The notes under the pieces were generated by a model. The model was not told the origin of the DNA. It searched no databases and saw only the letters and a program-made list of their open reading frames with translations. A DNA stretch of 57,517 nt from Actinomycetales bacterium. GTDB lineage: Bacteria > Actinomycetota > Actinomycetes > Actinomycetales > DASROP01. Of the stretch, positions 21,289 to 30,537 are shown piece after piece. The DNA lies in assembly GCA_035646835.1 (NCBI GenBank), contig DASROP010000278.1, positions 1 through 57,517 on the forward strand, in the 5' to 3' direction. Within the stretch, counting starts at the first letter, position 1. Each line of letters begins with the position of its first letter. The position numbers and the translations under genes were made by a program.

Positions 21289-23151
21289 TCACTCCACCGT
21301 GACGGACTTGGCGAGGTTGCGCGGCTGGTCGACGTCGAGCCCCTTGGCCGTGGCGAGCTCGCAGGCGAAGACCTGGAGCGGGACGACGGTCAGCAGGGGT
21401 GCCAGCAACGGCGGGCACTGCGGCACCCGGATCACCACGTCGGCGTGCGGCTCGACGTCGGTGTCCCCGTCGTGGGCGATCACGATCGTGCGGGCACCGC
21501 GGGCGCGGATCTCCTGGATGTTCGACACGACCTTGGCGTGCAGGCCGTGCGCGGACGTCGGCGACGGCACCACCACGAACACCGGCTGGCCGGGCTCGAT
21601 CAGCGCGATCGGGCCGTGCTTGAGCTCCCCCGCCGCGAAGCCCTCGGCGTGGATGTAGGCGAGCTCCTTGAGCTTGAGGGCTCCCTCCAGCGCCACCGGG
21701 AAGCCGACGTGGCGCCCCAGGAAGAGCACGGAGCGCGTGTCGGCCATGAACCGGGCGATCTCGCGGACCCGCTCCAGCCCGTCGAGCACGGACTGCACCT
21801 TGGCGGGCATCGCGTGCAGCTCGCGCAACACCTCGCCCGCCTCGTCGGCGTAGGTCCTGCCGCGCAGGGTCGCCAGGTACAGGCCCAGCAGGTAGCAGGC
21901 CACGATCTGGGCCAGGAAGGCCTTGGTCGACGCCACCGCGATCTCGGGGCCCGCGTGGGTGTAGAGCACCGCGTCGGACTCACGAGGGATCGTCGAGCCG
22001 TGGGTGTTGCAGATCGCCACGGTCAGCGCGCCCTGCTCGGTGGCGTGACGCACCGCCATCAGCGTGTCCATGGTCTCGCCCGACTGCGACAGCGAGACGA
22101 CGAGGGTCCGGTCGTCGACGACCGGATCGCGGTAGCGAAACTCGTGCGCGAGCTCGACCTCGGTGGGGATCCGGCACCAGTGCTCGATCGCGTACTTGGC
22201 CACCATGGCCGCGTAGGCCGAGGTGCCGCAGGCCACCACCACGATCTTGGTGATGGCTCCGAGCTGCTCGGTGGAGATCCGCAGCTCGTCCAGCACGAGG
22301 TTGCCCTCGACGTCGGTGCGGCCCAGCAGCGTGTCCGCGACGGCGTGCGGCTGCTCGTTGATCTCCTTGGCCATGAACGAGGGGTAGCCGCCCTTCTCTG
22401 CCGCCGCCACGTCCCAGTCGACGTGGAACGGCTTTCCCTCGGCGACCTGGCCGTCGAAGTCGGTGATCGTCACGTCGGTGGGTGTGATGGTTACCACCTG
22501 GTCCTGGCCGAGCTCGACTGCCTCGCGGGTGTGGCCGATGAAGGCGGCGACGTCGGAGCCGAGGAAGTTCTCACCGTCCCCGAGACCGACGACCAACGGT
22601 GAGTTGCGCCGGGCCCCGACGACCGTGTCAGGGGCGTCCACGTGCACGGCCAGCAGCGTGAACGCGCCCTCCAGCCGACGGCAGACGTCACGCATCGCCT
22701 CGGCCAGGTCATCGGTCTGCGCGTAGGCCTCCGCCAGCAGGTGGGCGGCGACCTCGGTGTCGGTCTCGCTGGTGAAGCCGACCCCCCGGTCGGCCAGCCC
22801 GGCCTTCAGCTTCGCGAAGTTCTCGATGATCCCGTTGTGGATCACCGCCAGCTTCTCGTGCGACCCGCCCAGGTGCGGGTGCGCGTTGGCGTCCGTCGGT
22901 GCACCGTGCGTCGCCCACCGCGTGTGGCCGATGCCGGTAGTCCCGCCCGCGAGCGGGTCGGCCTCGAGCGCCTCCGTCAGGTTGGCCAGCTTTCCGGCCC
23001 GCTTGCGCGTGGCCAGGCCCCCGGCGACCAGGACGGCGACGCCCGCGGAGTCGTACCCGCGGTACTCCAGTCGGCGCAGCCCCTCGAGGACCACGCCGAG
23101 GGCGTCCTGGCCGGTGCCCGTCGCCCCGACGTAGCCCACGATTCCGCACAT
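21289..23151 (-). CDS. glmS: Glutamine--fructose-6-phosphate aminotransferase (isomerizing)
   Basis: 620 aa [14 protein letters not shown]... (N-terminal nucleophile Cys2), two SIS domains, C-terminal ...LAKSVTVE. Confidence 0.97.
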   Translation of the reverse strand: MCGIVGYVGATGTGQDALGVVLEGLRRLEYRGYDSAGVAVLVAGGLATRKRAGKLANLTEALEADPLAGGTTGIGHTRWATHGAPTDANAHPHLGGSHEKLAVIHNGIIENFAKLKAGLADRGVGFTSETDTEVAAHLLAEAYAQTDDLAEAMRDVCRRLEGAFTLLAVHVDAPDTVVGARRNSPLVVGLGDGENFLGSDVAAFIGHTREAVELGQDQVVTITPTDVTITDFDGQVAEGKPFHVDWDVAAAEKGGYPSFMAKEINEQPHAVADTLLGRTDVEGNLVLDELRISTEQLGAITKIVVVACGTSAYAAMVAKYAIEHWCRIPTEVELAHEFRYRDPVVDDRTLVVSLSQSGETMDTLMAVRHATEQGALTVAICNTHGSTIPRESDAVLYTHAGPEIAVASTKAFLAQIVACYLLGLYLATLRGRTYADEAGEVLRELHAMPAKVQSVLDGLERVREIARFMADTRSVLFLGRHVGFPVALEGALKLKELAYIHAEGFAAGELKHGPIALIEPGQPVFVVVPSPTSAHGLHAKVVSNIQEIRARGARTIVIAHDGDTDVEPHADVVIRVPQCPPLLAPLLTVVPLQVFACELATAKGLDVDQPRNLAKSVTVE

Positions 23152-23215
23152 GACCGCAGCCTATCGGCGCCGTTGACGACGCCCGCGGCCACGGGAGCCC
23201 GCTCATGACGGCACA

Positions 23216-24208
23216 ATGCGGCGGGTGTCGACGGCGACGGCGGGCCCCGGTGGGGACGGCGGTGCGTCCGGTTTCGGGGTCTCCCCCTACGTCGACTTCG
23301 ACCGCGCCGCCTGGAGCGCGCTGGCCGGCAAGACACCCTTGCCCCTCGACGCGGACGACGTCGCCCGGCTGCGCGGCCTCGGCGAGCGGATCGACCTCGC
23401 CGAGGTGGAGCAGGTCTACCTGCCGCTCTCGCGCCTGCTGAACCTGTACGTCGCCGGCGTCGACGAGCTGCACGCGGCGATCACGACGTTCCTCGGCGAA
23501 GCGGGGGCCCGCACGCCGTTCGTGATCGGCGTCGCGGGCTCGGTCGCGGTCGGCAAGTCGACGACGGCACGCATCCTCGCCGAGCTGCTGTCACGGTGGC
23601 CGGACACGCCCCGCGTCGAGCTGGTGACGACCGACGGCTTCCTCTACCCCAACGCCGAGCTCGAACGCCGCGACCTGCTGCAGCGCAAGGGCTTCCCGGA
23701 GTCCTACGACCGGCGGAGCCTGCTGCGCTTCGTGGCGGACGTGAAGTCGGGCGCCCCGGAGGTGCGCGCGCCGCTGTACTCGCACCTGACCTACGACATC
23801 GTTCCCGGCGCCGAGGTCGTCGTGCGCCAGCCGGACGTGCTCGTCGTCGAGGGGCTCAACGTGCTGATGCCGGCACGGCCGCGCAGTGACGGCCGCCGCG
23901 GGCTCGCCGTCAGCGACTTCTTCGACTTCTCCATCTACGTCGACGCGCGCACGTCCGACGTCCGCGACTGGTACGTCGAGCGCTTCCTCCGGCTGCGCGA
24001 GGTGGCGTTCAACCAGCCCGAGTCCTACTTCCGCCGCTACGCGGCCCTGTCGGACGACGAAGCCGTCACCCGCGCCGAGCAGATCTGGCGCGACATCAAC
24101 GAGCGCAACCTGGTCGAGAACGTGCTGCCGACCCGCGGGCGCGCGACGCTGGTGCTGACCAAGGACGCCGACCACGGGGTGCGGCGGATCCGGCTCCGCA
24201 AGCTCTAG
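23216..24208 (+). CDS. coaA: Type I pantothenate kinase
   Basis: 330 aa ...[12 protein letters not shown]...[45 protein letters not shown]...KGFPESYD. Collinear with E. coli CoaA as I recall it. Confidence 0.93.
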   Translation: MRRVSTATAGPGGDGGASGFGVSPYVDFDRAAWSALAGKTPLPLDADDVARLRGLGERIDLAEVEQVYLPLSRLLNLYVAGVDELHAAITTFLGEAGARTPFVIGVAGSVAVGKSTTARILAELLSRWPDTPRVELVTTDGFLYPNAELERRDLLQRKGFPESYDRRSLLRFVADVKSGAPEVRAPLYSHLTYDIVPGAEVVVRQPDVLVVEGLNVLMPARPRSDGRRGLAVSDFFDFSIYVDARTSDVRDWYVERFLRLREVAFNQPESYFRRYAALSDDEAVTRAEQIWRDINERNLVENVLPTRGRATLVLTKDADHGVRRIRLRKL

Positions 24209-24243
24209 CCTCGCCACCCGTCGCAGTTGAGTGGCGCCGGCCA

Positions 24244-25590
24244 CTAGAGCGCCAGGCGGTCCCGAACCACTCCCGCGAGCGCGTCGGCCACGCGCTGAGC
24301 CGCCTCGGCGTCGGTGGCCTCGACCATCACCCGAACCAGCGGTTCGGTGCCGGACGGGCGCAGCAGGACCCGTCCGGTTCCGGCCAGGTCGGCCTCGGCC
24401 GCGGCCACCGCGTCCCGGACGGCGGGATCGTCACCCGCCCGGCCCTTGTCGACGCCGGTGACGTTGACCATCACCTGAGGCAGGCGGGGGACGGCGGAGG
24501 CCAGCTCGGCGAGGGGCGTCTGGCTGTCCGCGAGGCGCGCCAGGAGATGCAGGCTCGTCAGGATCCCGTCGCCGGTGGTGGCGTGGTCGAGCATCAGGAC
24601 GTGGCCCGACTGCTCGCCCCCCAGCGAGTACTCCCCACGCAGCATCTCCTCGATCACGTACCGGTCGCCGACCGCGGTCTGCACGCAGGTGATGCCGGCG
24701 TCCTGCATGGCCAGCCGCAGCCCGAGGTTGCTCATCACCGTGGTGACCAGGGTGTCGTGCGCGAGGACGCCCCGCGCGCGCAGCGCGAGCGCGAGGATCC
24801 CCATGATCTGGTCGCCGTCGACGTTCTCCCCGGCCGAGTCGACGGCCAGGCACCGGTCGGCGTCCCCGTCGTAGGCGACACCGACGTCCGCCCCGTGCTC
24901 GACCACCGCCGCACGCAGCGGCTCCAGGTGGGTCGACCCGAACCCGTCGTTGATGTTGAGTCCGTCGGGCTCGGCCCCGATCACGACGACGTCCGCACCC
25001 GCCGAACGCAGCGCCGCCGGACCGACGGCGCTGGCCGCACCGTGCGCGCAGTCGACCACGACCCGAATCCCGTCGAGGCGGTTCGGCAGCGTCGAGACGA
25101 GGTGGCGGACGTAAGTGCCCGCGCCACCGGCGTCATGGCGGACACGGCCGACGGCCGCGCCCGTCGGCCGGTCCCACTGCTCCCGCAGCCGCCGCTCGAT
25201 CGCGTCCTCGACGTCGTCCGGGAGCTTGTGGCCGCCGCGGGCGAAGAACTTGATGCCGTTGTCGGGCATCGGGTTGTGGGAGGCCGACAGCATCACGCCC
25301 AGATCCGACTGCCGCTCGGCCACGAGGTGGGCGATGGCCGGGGTGGGCAGTACCCCCACGTCATCGACGTCGACCCCGGCGCTGGCGAGCCCGGCAGTCA
25401 CCGCCGCCGAGAGGAACTCGCCCGACACCCGGGGGTCGCGACCCACGACGGCCCGGGGTCGGTGGCCCTCGAACACCCCGGCGTCGCCGAGCACGTGCGC
25501 GGCGGCCACCGAGAGGTCGAGGGCGAGCTCTGCGGTGACGAGCCCGTTCGCGACGCCACGCACGCCGTCGGTGCCGAACAGACGGGGCAC
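24244..25590 (-). CDS. glmM: Phosphoglucosamine mutase
   Basis: 448 aa [16 protein letters not shown]..., phosphoserine loop [20 protein letters not shown] start with GGAGAGGAG RBS. Confidence 0.95.
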   Translation of the reverse strand: MPRLFGTDGVRGVANGLVTAELALDLSVAAAHVLGDAGVFEGHRPRAVVGRDPRVSGEFLSAAVTAGLASAGVDVDDVGVLPTPAIAHLVAERQSDLGVMLSASHNPMPDNGIKFFARGGHKLPDDVEDAIERRLREQWDRPTGAAVGRVRHDAGGAGTYVRHLVSTLPNRLDGIRVVVDCAHGAASAVGPAALRSAGADVVVIGAEPDGLNINDGFGSTHLEPLRAAVVEHGADVGVAYDGDADRCLAVDSAGENVDGDQIMGILALALRARGVLAHDTLVTTVMSNLGLRLAMQDAGITCVQTAVGDRYVIEEMLRGEYSLGGEQSGHVLMLDHATTGDGILTSLHLLARLADSQTPLAELASAVPRLPQVMVNVTGVDKGRAGDDPAVRDAVAAAEADLAGTGRVLLRPSGTEPLVRVMVEATDAEAAQRVADALAGVVRDRLAL

Positions 25591-25627
25591 GCGGGTCTCC
25601 TCTCCCCCCGATCAGGGGCGCACGGCA

Positions 25628-25657
25628 ACGGCCCCGGGAGCGTACCCCCGGGGCCGT
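25628..25657 (-). terminator. Hairpin after rpsI (candidate terminator/attenuator of rplM-rpsI)
   Basis: ACGGCCCCGGG (25628-25638) / CCCGGGGCCGT (25647-25657): a perfect 11-bp stem with an 8-nt loop, 21 nt after the rpsI stop. There is no U-tract, so it may only attenuate readthrough into glmM. Confidence 0.45.
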
Positions 25658-25678
25658 CGGACGGCAGATGCGCCGCGG

Positions 25679-26206
25679 TCAGCGCTTGCTGTACTGCGGT
25701 GCCTTGCGGGCCTTCTTCAGTCCGGCCTTCTTGCGCTCGATCGCGCGCGGGTCGCGGGTGAGGAACCCGGCCTTCTTCAGCGTGGGCCGGTTGTTCTCCG
25801 TGTCGATCTCGTTGAGCGCACGCGAGATCCCCAGACGCAGGGCGCCGGCCTGCCCGGACGCGCCACCGCCACCCAGGCGGGCGATCACGTCGAAGCGGCC
25901 CTCGAGCTCCAGCAGCCGGAACGGCTCGTTCACCAGCTGCTGGTGCACCTTGTTGGGGAAGTAGCCGTCGAGGTCGCGGCCGTTGATCGACCACGTGCCG
26001 CTGCCCGGCACGAGGCGGACGCGGGCGATCGCCTGCTTGCGCCGACCGGTGGCCGCGCCGGGGGCCGTGATGCTGGCACCGGCGCCCCGGGTGCCCGGCG
26101 TCGTGGTGGAGTAGCTGCTCGGCGACTCGGCGTCGTCCAGGGGGGTCTCGTCGGTGGGCTGGTCGGTCGACTGGTCGGTCGACGCTGCTGCAGTGGGCTC
26201 GGCCAC
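25679..26206 (-). CDS. rpsI: 30S ribosomal protein S9 (with acidic/Thr-rich N-terminal extension)
   Basis: 175 aa. Core ...[31 protein letters not shown]...[25 protein letters not shown]. Confidence 0.95.
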   Translation of the reverse strand: MAEPTAAASTDQSTDQPTDETPLDDAESPSSYSTTTPGTRGAGASITAPGAATGRRKQAIARVRLVPGSGTWSINGRDLDGYFPNKVHQQLVNEPFRLLELEGRFDVIARLGGGGASGQAGALRLGISRALNEIDTENNRPTLKKAGFLTRDPRAIERKKAGLKKARKAPQYSKR

Positions 26207-26235
26207 GGTTCTCCTCGGTACGTACTTCTGGGTGA

Positions 26236-26706
26236 TTACTTCGCGGCTGGGTCGGCCGTGGGGTGCTGGGCGACCTGGGTGATCTCGAACGGCGCCGGCT
26301 TCTGCGCGGCGTGCGGGTGCTCCGGGCCGGCGTAGACCTTGAGCTTGCGCAACATCTGACGCCCCAGGCTGGTCTTCGGCAGCATCCCCCGCACCGCCTT
26401 CTCCACGGCCTTGGTGGGGTGCTGGGCCAACAGGTCGGTGTAGCCGGTGATGCGCAGGCCGCCGGGGTAGCCCGAGTGCCGGTAGGCCACCTTCTGCTCG
26501 CGCTTGTTGCCCGTCAGGGCCACCTTGTCGGCGTTGATGATGACGACGAAGTCACCCGTGTCGACGTGCGGGGCGAAGACGGCCTTGTGCTTGCCGCGGA
26601 GCAGGGTCGCGGTCTGGCTGGCGAGCCTTCCGAGCACGACGTCGGTCGCGTCGATGACGTGCCAGACGCGCTCGACATCGCCGGCCTTGGGGGTGAACGT
26701 GCGCAC
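26236..26706 (-). CDS. rplM: 50S ribosomal protein L13
   Basis: 156 aa [52 protein letters not shown]... Confidence 0.95.
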   Translation of the reverse strand: MRTFTPKAGDVERVWHVIDATDVVLGRLASQTATLLRGKHKAVFAPHVDTGDFVVIINADKVALTGNKREQKVAYRHSGYPGGLRITGYTDLLAQHPTKAVEKAVRGMLPKTSLGRQMLRKLKVYAGPEHPHAAQKPAPFEITQVAQHPTADPAAK

Positions 26707-26818
26707 GGTCGTAGCCTTCGTTCGTCTCGAGGGTGTTCTCCGGGGCAGTCGCGACGCCAGCCGCTCCTGCAGGCGTGCTGACCGCCCGGGGGCAGCGCGG
26801 CACGCACAACGACTGGTC

Positions 26819-26848
26819 AGGCTACCCGCGGCCGGTGCGGGCGGTCAA
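26819..26848 (-). promoter_or_regulatory. Candidate rplM-rpsI promoter
   Basis: Minus strand: TTGACC (rc of 26843-26848), 18-nt spacer, TAGCCT (rc of 26819-26824). About 110 nt upstream of the rplM start. Same architecture as the rpsL candidate promoter. Confidence 0.4.
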
Positions 26849-26865
26849 AACGCGCTGTCCACTTC

Positions 26866-26937
26866 TTGCTCCCGCCGCTGCCCATTGCCCCCTCGAACAA
26901 CCGTCGCGCGGGCAATACAGGGTGTCGGCGGGAGCAA
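26866..26937. repeat. Nested palindromic intergenic repeat (TTGCTCCCGCCG / CGGCGGGAGCAA arms), copy B
   Basis: Perfect 12-bp terminal inverted arms at 26866-26877 and 26926-26937. Inner stem ATTGCCC (26884-26890) / GGGCAAT (26910-26916). The 18-mer at 26920-26937 is identical to 3996-4013. Begins 28 nt after the ABC-F stop. Confidence 0.55.
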
Positions 26938-26964
26938 CGGTCGTCGGCGCTGGCTGATGGGCCG

Positions 26965-28647
26965 TCAGCGCACGCGTTCGACGCGCGCCTCGTCCCATAC
27001 CGGCTCGACCGTCTCGACGACCTGGCCGTCGGAGCGGAACGACAGGAAGCGGTCGAAGGATCGGGCGAACCACCGGTCGTGGGTGACCGCCACCACGGTG
27101 CCCTGGTAGGACGCGAGCCCATCCTCCAGGGCCTCGGCGGAGGCGAGGTCGAGGTTGTCGGTCGGCTCGTCGAGAAGCAGCAGGGTGGCGCCGGACAGCT
27201 CCAGCAGCAGGATCTGCACGCGCGCCTGCTGCCCGCCCGAGAGCGACTCGAAGGTCTGCTCGGCGGCGTGGGACAGCTCGTACCGGTCGAGCGCCCGCGA
27301 CGCCTCCTCGCGTCCCATCCCGGCCCGGTGGTCGTCACCGCGCCACAGGATGTCGAGCAGCGTCCGCCCAACCAGCTCGGGGTGCGCGTGGGTCTGCGCG
27401 AACCACCCGGGCCGCACGCGGGCGCCGAGCCGGGCGCGTCCGGTGTGCTCGACCGCGGCGATCGCCAGGTCGTCGACCGGGCGGTGCTCGGGCTCGGGGT
27501 CGGTGCCACCGGTCGCCAGCAGCCGCAGGAAGTGGGACTTGCCCGACCCGTTGGACCCCAGCACCGCGAGGCGTTCGCCGTACCAGAGCTCCAGGTCGAA
27601 CGGCCGCATCAAACCGGACAGCCCGACGCCCTCGCAGACCACGGCACGCTTGCCGGTGCGGCCGCCGCGAAGACGCATCGTGACGTCCTGCTCCCGCGGC
27701 ACGGCCTCGGGCGGCCCCGCCGCGTCGAAGCGCTCCAGCCTCTTCTCGGCCGCGTGGTAGCGGCTGGCCATGTCGGAGTTGTAGGCCGCCTTCTGCTTGT
27801 AGAACAGCACCAGCTCGCGCAGCTTGACCCGGTCCTCGTCCCAGCGCCGTCGCAGCTCCTCCAGCCGCGAGAAGCGGTCCCGACGGGCGTCGTGGTAGGT
27901 CGTGAACGACCCGCCGTGGGTCCAGGCGGTGTTGCCGGCCGCGCCCAGCTCGAGCGTGACGACGCGGGACGCCGTCCGCGCCAGCAGCTCCCGGTCGTGG
28001 CTGACGAACAGCACGGTCTTGGCGCTGGACTGCAGCCTCTCCTCGAGCCACCGCTTGGCCGGCACGTCGAGGTAGTTGTCGGGCTCGTCGAGCAGCAGGA
28101 CGTCGTCCGGACCGCGCAGAAGGGCCTCCAGCGCGAGGCGCTTCTGCTCACCCCCCGAGAGCGTGGTCAGCTCACGCCAGCGGGCCCGGTCGAACGGGAC
28201 GCCGATGGCCGCGTGGGTGACGACGTCCCACAGGGTCTCCGCCTCGTAGCCGCCGGCGTCGGCGTAGTCGGCCAGCGCCTGCGCGTACCGCAGCTGGGTG
28301 GGTGTGTCGTCGTCCTCCATCATCGCCAGCTCGGCGTCGTCCAGGGCGCGCGTCGCTGCCCGGAGCCGCGGCGGGGCCACGCCGACCAGCAGGTCGCGCA
28401 CCGTGCTGGAATCACGGACCTGCCCGATGAACTGGCGCATCACGCCGAGCCCGCCGCTGCGGGTGACGGCCCCGCCGTGCGGGTCGATGTCGCCGGCCAC
28501 GATCCGCAGCAGGGTGGTCTTGCCGGACCCGTTCGCGCCGACCAGCGCGACCTTCGCGCCGTCCGCGACCCGGAAGGTGACGTCGTCCAGCAGCCGCCGG
28601 CCGTCCGGCAGCGAGAACTCCACGGTGTTGACGTCGACGTGACCCAC
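26965..28647 (-). CDS. ABC-F family ATPase (two NBDs, no membrane domain; translation-factor/ribosome-protection type)
   Basis: 560 aa. Walker A motifs GANGSGKTTLL and GSNGSGKSHFL. Signatures LSGGEQKRLAL and LSGGQQARVQI. Helical Arg/Lys-rich inter-domain linker ...RRDRFSRLEELRRRWDEDRVKLRELVLFYKQKAAYNSDMASRYHAAEKRL. Confidence 0.9.
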   Translation of the reverse strand: MGHVDVNTVEFSLPDGRRLLDDVTFRVADGAKVALVGANGSGKTTLLRIVAGDIDPHGGAVTRSGGLGVMRQFIGQVRDSSTVRDLLVGVAPPRLRAATRALDDAELAMMEDDDTPTQLRYAQALADYADAGGYEAETLWDVVTHAAIGVPFDRARWRELTTLSGGEQKRLALEALLRGPDDVLLLDEPDNYLDVPAKRWLEERLQSSAKTVLFVSHDRELLARTASRVVTLELGAAGNTAWTHGGSFTTYHDARRDRFSRLEELRRRWDEDRVKLRELVLFYKQKAAYNSDMASRYHAAEKRLERFDAAGPPEAVPREQDVTMRLRGGRTGKRAVVCEGVGLSGLMRPFDLELWYGERLAVLGSNGSGKSHFLRLLATGGTDPEPEHRPVDDLAIAAVEHTGRARLGARVRPGWFAQTHAHPELVGRTLLDILWRGDDHRAGMGREEASRALDRYELSHAAEQTFESLSGGQQARVQILLLELSGATLLLLDEPTDNLDLASAEALEDGLASYQGTVVAVTHDRWFARSFDRFLSFRSDGQVVETVEPVWDEARVERVR

Positions 28648-28697
28648 GGCAGCCAGTGTGACCGGCGCGGCGTTCGTTGTCGGCTCCTTTTCCGCGG

Positions 28698-29531
28698 CTA
28701 GGTGACGTCCCGGCGGGCGCGTGTCCGCGCGGCGCGGGCGGCGACCTCGTCGTCGGACGGGTACTCGACGCCCTCCAGGGTGAGCCCCTGCGGCGGGGCG
28801 ACGAGCACGGCGCTGTCACGTCGTCCCGCGGCGAGCACCTGACCCGGCCAGGACGGCGGACGGCGACCCTCACCGACCGCCAGGGACACACCCACGAGCG
28901 CTCGCACCATGTGGTGGCAGAAGGCGTCCGCGACCACGGTGGCGACGGCGAGGCCGTCGGTGTCACGCTCCCAGCGCAGCTCCGTCAGGGTCCGCACCGT
29001 GGTCGCGCCAGGGCGCGGGCGGCAGAACGGGAGGAAGTCGTGCTCGCCGATCAGAGGCTGCGTCGCCTCGTGCATCGCCGGGACGTCGAGTGCTCGCCGG
29101 AGCCAGAGCACGTGACGGCGACGCAGGGGGTCGCGGAGCCGCTCGTCGTCGGCCACGCGGTAGACGTAGCGGCGGGACACCGCCGAGAACCGCGCATGGA
29201 AGTCCTCCGGGGCGAGCCGCGCGCGTCGCACGACGACGTCCGCGGGCAGGACACCGGCCAGCCGTCGGACGAGCCACTCCGCCGCCCCGGTGCCGGGCCG
29301 CGACGGCAGCCGGTCCCAGGAGGACGCCGGTACGTCGGCGTGGCAGACCTGGCCGCGGGCGTGCACCCCGGCGTCCGTCCGCCCGGCGACCGTCAGCCTC
29401 GGTGCGGGATCCATCCGGAGGACGCGGCCCAGTGCTTCTGCCAGCAGGTCCTCGACCGTGCGCAGTCCCGGCTGCGCCGCCCACCCGGCGAAGTCGGTGC
29501 CGTCGTAGGCCAGGTCGAGCCGGACGCGCAC
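28698..29531 (-). CDS. truA: tRNA pseudouridine(38-40) synthase TruA
   Basis: ORF 28698..29696 trimmed to GTG 29531 (VRVRLDLAYDGTDFAGWAAQPG...AGRTDAGVHARGQV, with the catalytic Asp motif). This start aligns with the usual TruA N-terminus. The rest of the ORF overlaps rplQ. Confidence 0.88.
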   Translation of the reverse strand: MRVRLDLAYDGTDFAGWAAQPGLRTVEDLLAEALGRVLRMDPAPRLTVAGRTDAGVHARGQVCHADVPASSWDRLPSRPGTGAAEWLVRRLAGVLPADVVVRRARLAPEDFHARFSAVSRRYVYRVADDERLRDPLRRRHVLWLRRALDVPAMHEATQPLIGEHDFLPFCRPRPGATTVRTLTELRWERDTDGLAVATVVADAFCHHMVRALVGVSLAVGEGRRPPSWPGQVLAAGRRDSAVLVAPPQGLTLEGVEYPSDDEVAARAARTRARRDVT

Positions 29532-29565
29532 GAGCCCGCCCCCCCTTGGTGGGGTGGCGGGCTCG
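29531..29565 (-). terminator. Long GC hairpin after rplQ (terminator/attenuator) overlapping the truA RBS and start codon
   Basis: 29531-29545 pairs with 29551-29565 (15 positions, one C/T mismatch, 5-nt loop TTGGT). The hairpin begins 22 nt after the rplQ stop. Confidence 0.45.
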
Positions 29566-29587
29566 TACGGGAGATCCGGCGGGTGAC

Positions 29588-30463
29588 TCAGGCGTCGCCC
29601 TCGTCGTCCGAGCCGACCCCTGCCTTCGTGAAGCCGGCGGCCTCGGCCGCATCCTCGGTGCGGAACCACACCTCGGCATTGGTCTTGTCGTACCACGGGG
29701 ACTGCGGCGTGTGGAACTTCTTCGAGTCCTCGTTGCCCTTGATGGCGAAGCCTTCCGGACCCGACCCGTCCTCACGGGGTCCGGCCGAGTCCGCTCCGTA
29801 CGGGGCCGTGCCGTCGACGGCGTCGGCGGCGGCCTCGTCGGCGAGGTCGGCCGCAGCCTCGGCGTCCACGGCCTCGTCGCTGCCCGGTGCCGCCTGCGAC
29901 GCGGCCTCGGCGGCGTCCTCGGCGGCGGAAGCCGCGTCGACCGCGCCCTCGGCGTCGTCGGAGGACTTGGCGTCCTCGGCGGCGGCCGCCTGGTCCTCGG
30001 CGGTCGCCTCGGCCTCGGCAGCGGCCTTCTTGCCCTTGGGTGCGGTGGATGCAGCCCGCTTGGTCGCGGACTCCGCCTCGCGCACCGTGGCCTTCTTGGC
30101 GGAGAGCGGCTCGAGCACGAGCTCGATCACGGCCATCGGGGCATTGTCGCCCTTGCGGTTGCCGACCTTGGTGATCCGGGTGTAGCCGCCGTTGCGCTCG
30201 GCCATCGCCGGCGCGATCTCGGTGAAGAGCTCGTGGACGACGCCCTTGTCGCGGACGACCGTCATCACCCGGCGCCGCGACGCCAGATCGCCGCGCTTGG
30301 CGAACGTGACGAGCCGCTCGGCGAGGGGGCGCAGTCGCTTGGCCTTGGTCACGGTCGTGGTGATCCGCCGGTGCTCGAACAGCTGGGTGGCCAGGCCGGC
30401 CAGCATCAGCCGCTCGTGCGCCGGTCCGCCGCCGAGCCGGGGGCCCTTGGTGGGGGTGGGCAT
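29588..30463 (-). CDS. rplQ: 50S ribosomal protein L17 with long C-terminal extension
   Basis: 291 aa. L17 core [58 protein letters not shown]...[25 protein letters not shown], followed by about 170 extra residues. Confidence 0.93.
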   Translation of the reverse strand: MPTPTKGPRLGGGPAHERLMLAGLATQLFEHRRITTTVTKAKRLRPLAERLVTFAKRGDLASRRRVMTVVRDKGVVHELFTEIAPAMAERNGGYTRITKVGNRKGDNAPMAVIELVLEPLSAKKATVREAESATKRAASTAPKGKKAAAEAEATAEDQAAAAEDAKSSDDAEGAVDAASAAEDAAEAASQAAPGSDEAVDAEAAADLADEAAADAVDGTAPYGADSAGPREDGSGPEGFAIKGNEDSKKFHTPQSPWYDKTNAEVWFRTEDAAEAAGFTKAGVGSDDEGDA

Positions 30464-30537
30464 GATCTCTGGATCTCCTCAGGTGGTCCTGGACACCTCG
30501 CCACGCGGCCGGTCGCCGCGCGGCGAGGTCGGGGGCG

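Noticed and set aside
23152-23215. Possible glmS ribozyme or other riboswitch upstream of glmS.
   Set aside because: Only 64 nt separate glmS from the divergent coaA. That is far too short for the ribozyme, and no conserved core is visible.
24209-24243. Possible bidirectional terminator between the convergent coaA and glmM genes (GCCAC...GTGGC).
   Set aside because: The stem is only 5 bp with a 13-nt loop. That is too weak to call.
26895-26902. GAACAACC in the loop of repeat copy B matches the core of the TTGAACAACCT repeats in the whiB promoter.
   Set aside because: It is a single 8-mer match with no flanking similarity. This is most likely chance.
28648-28697. Possible leader peptide or attenuator upstream of the ABC-F gene, prompted by a strong AAGGAG.
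   Set aside because: No ATG, GTG or TTG lies within 5-12 nt downstream of the AAGGAG in any frame, and the spacer is only 50 nt. It is kept only as an oddity inside the ABC-F finding.
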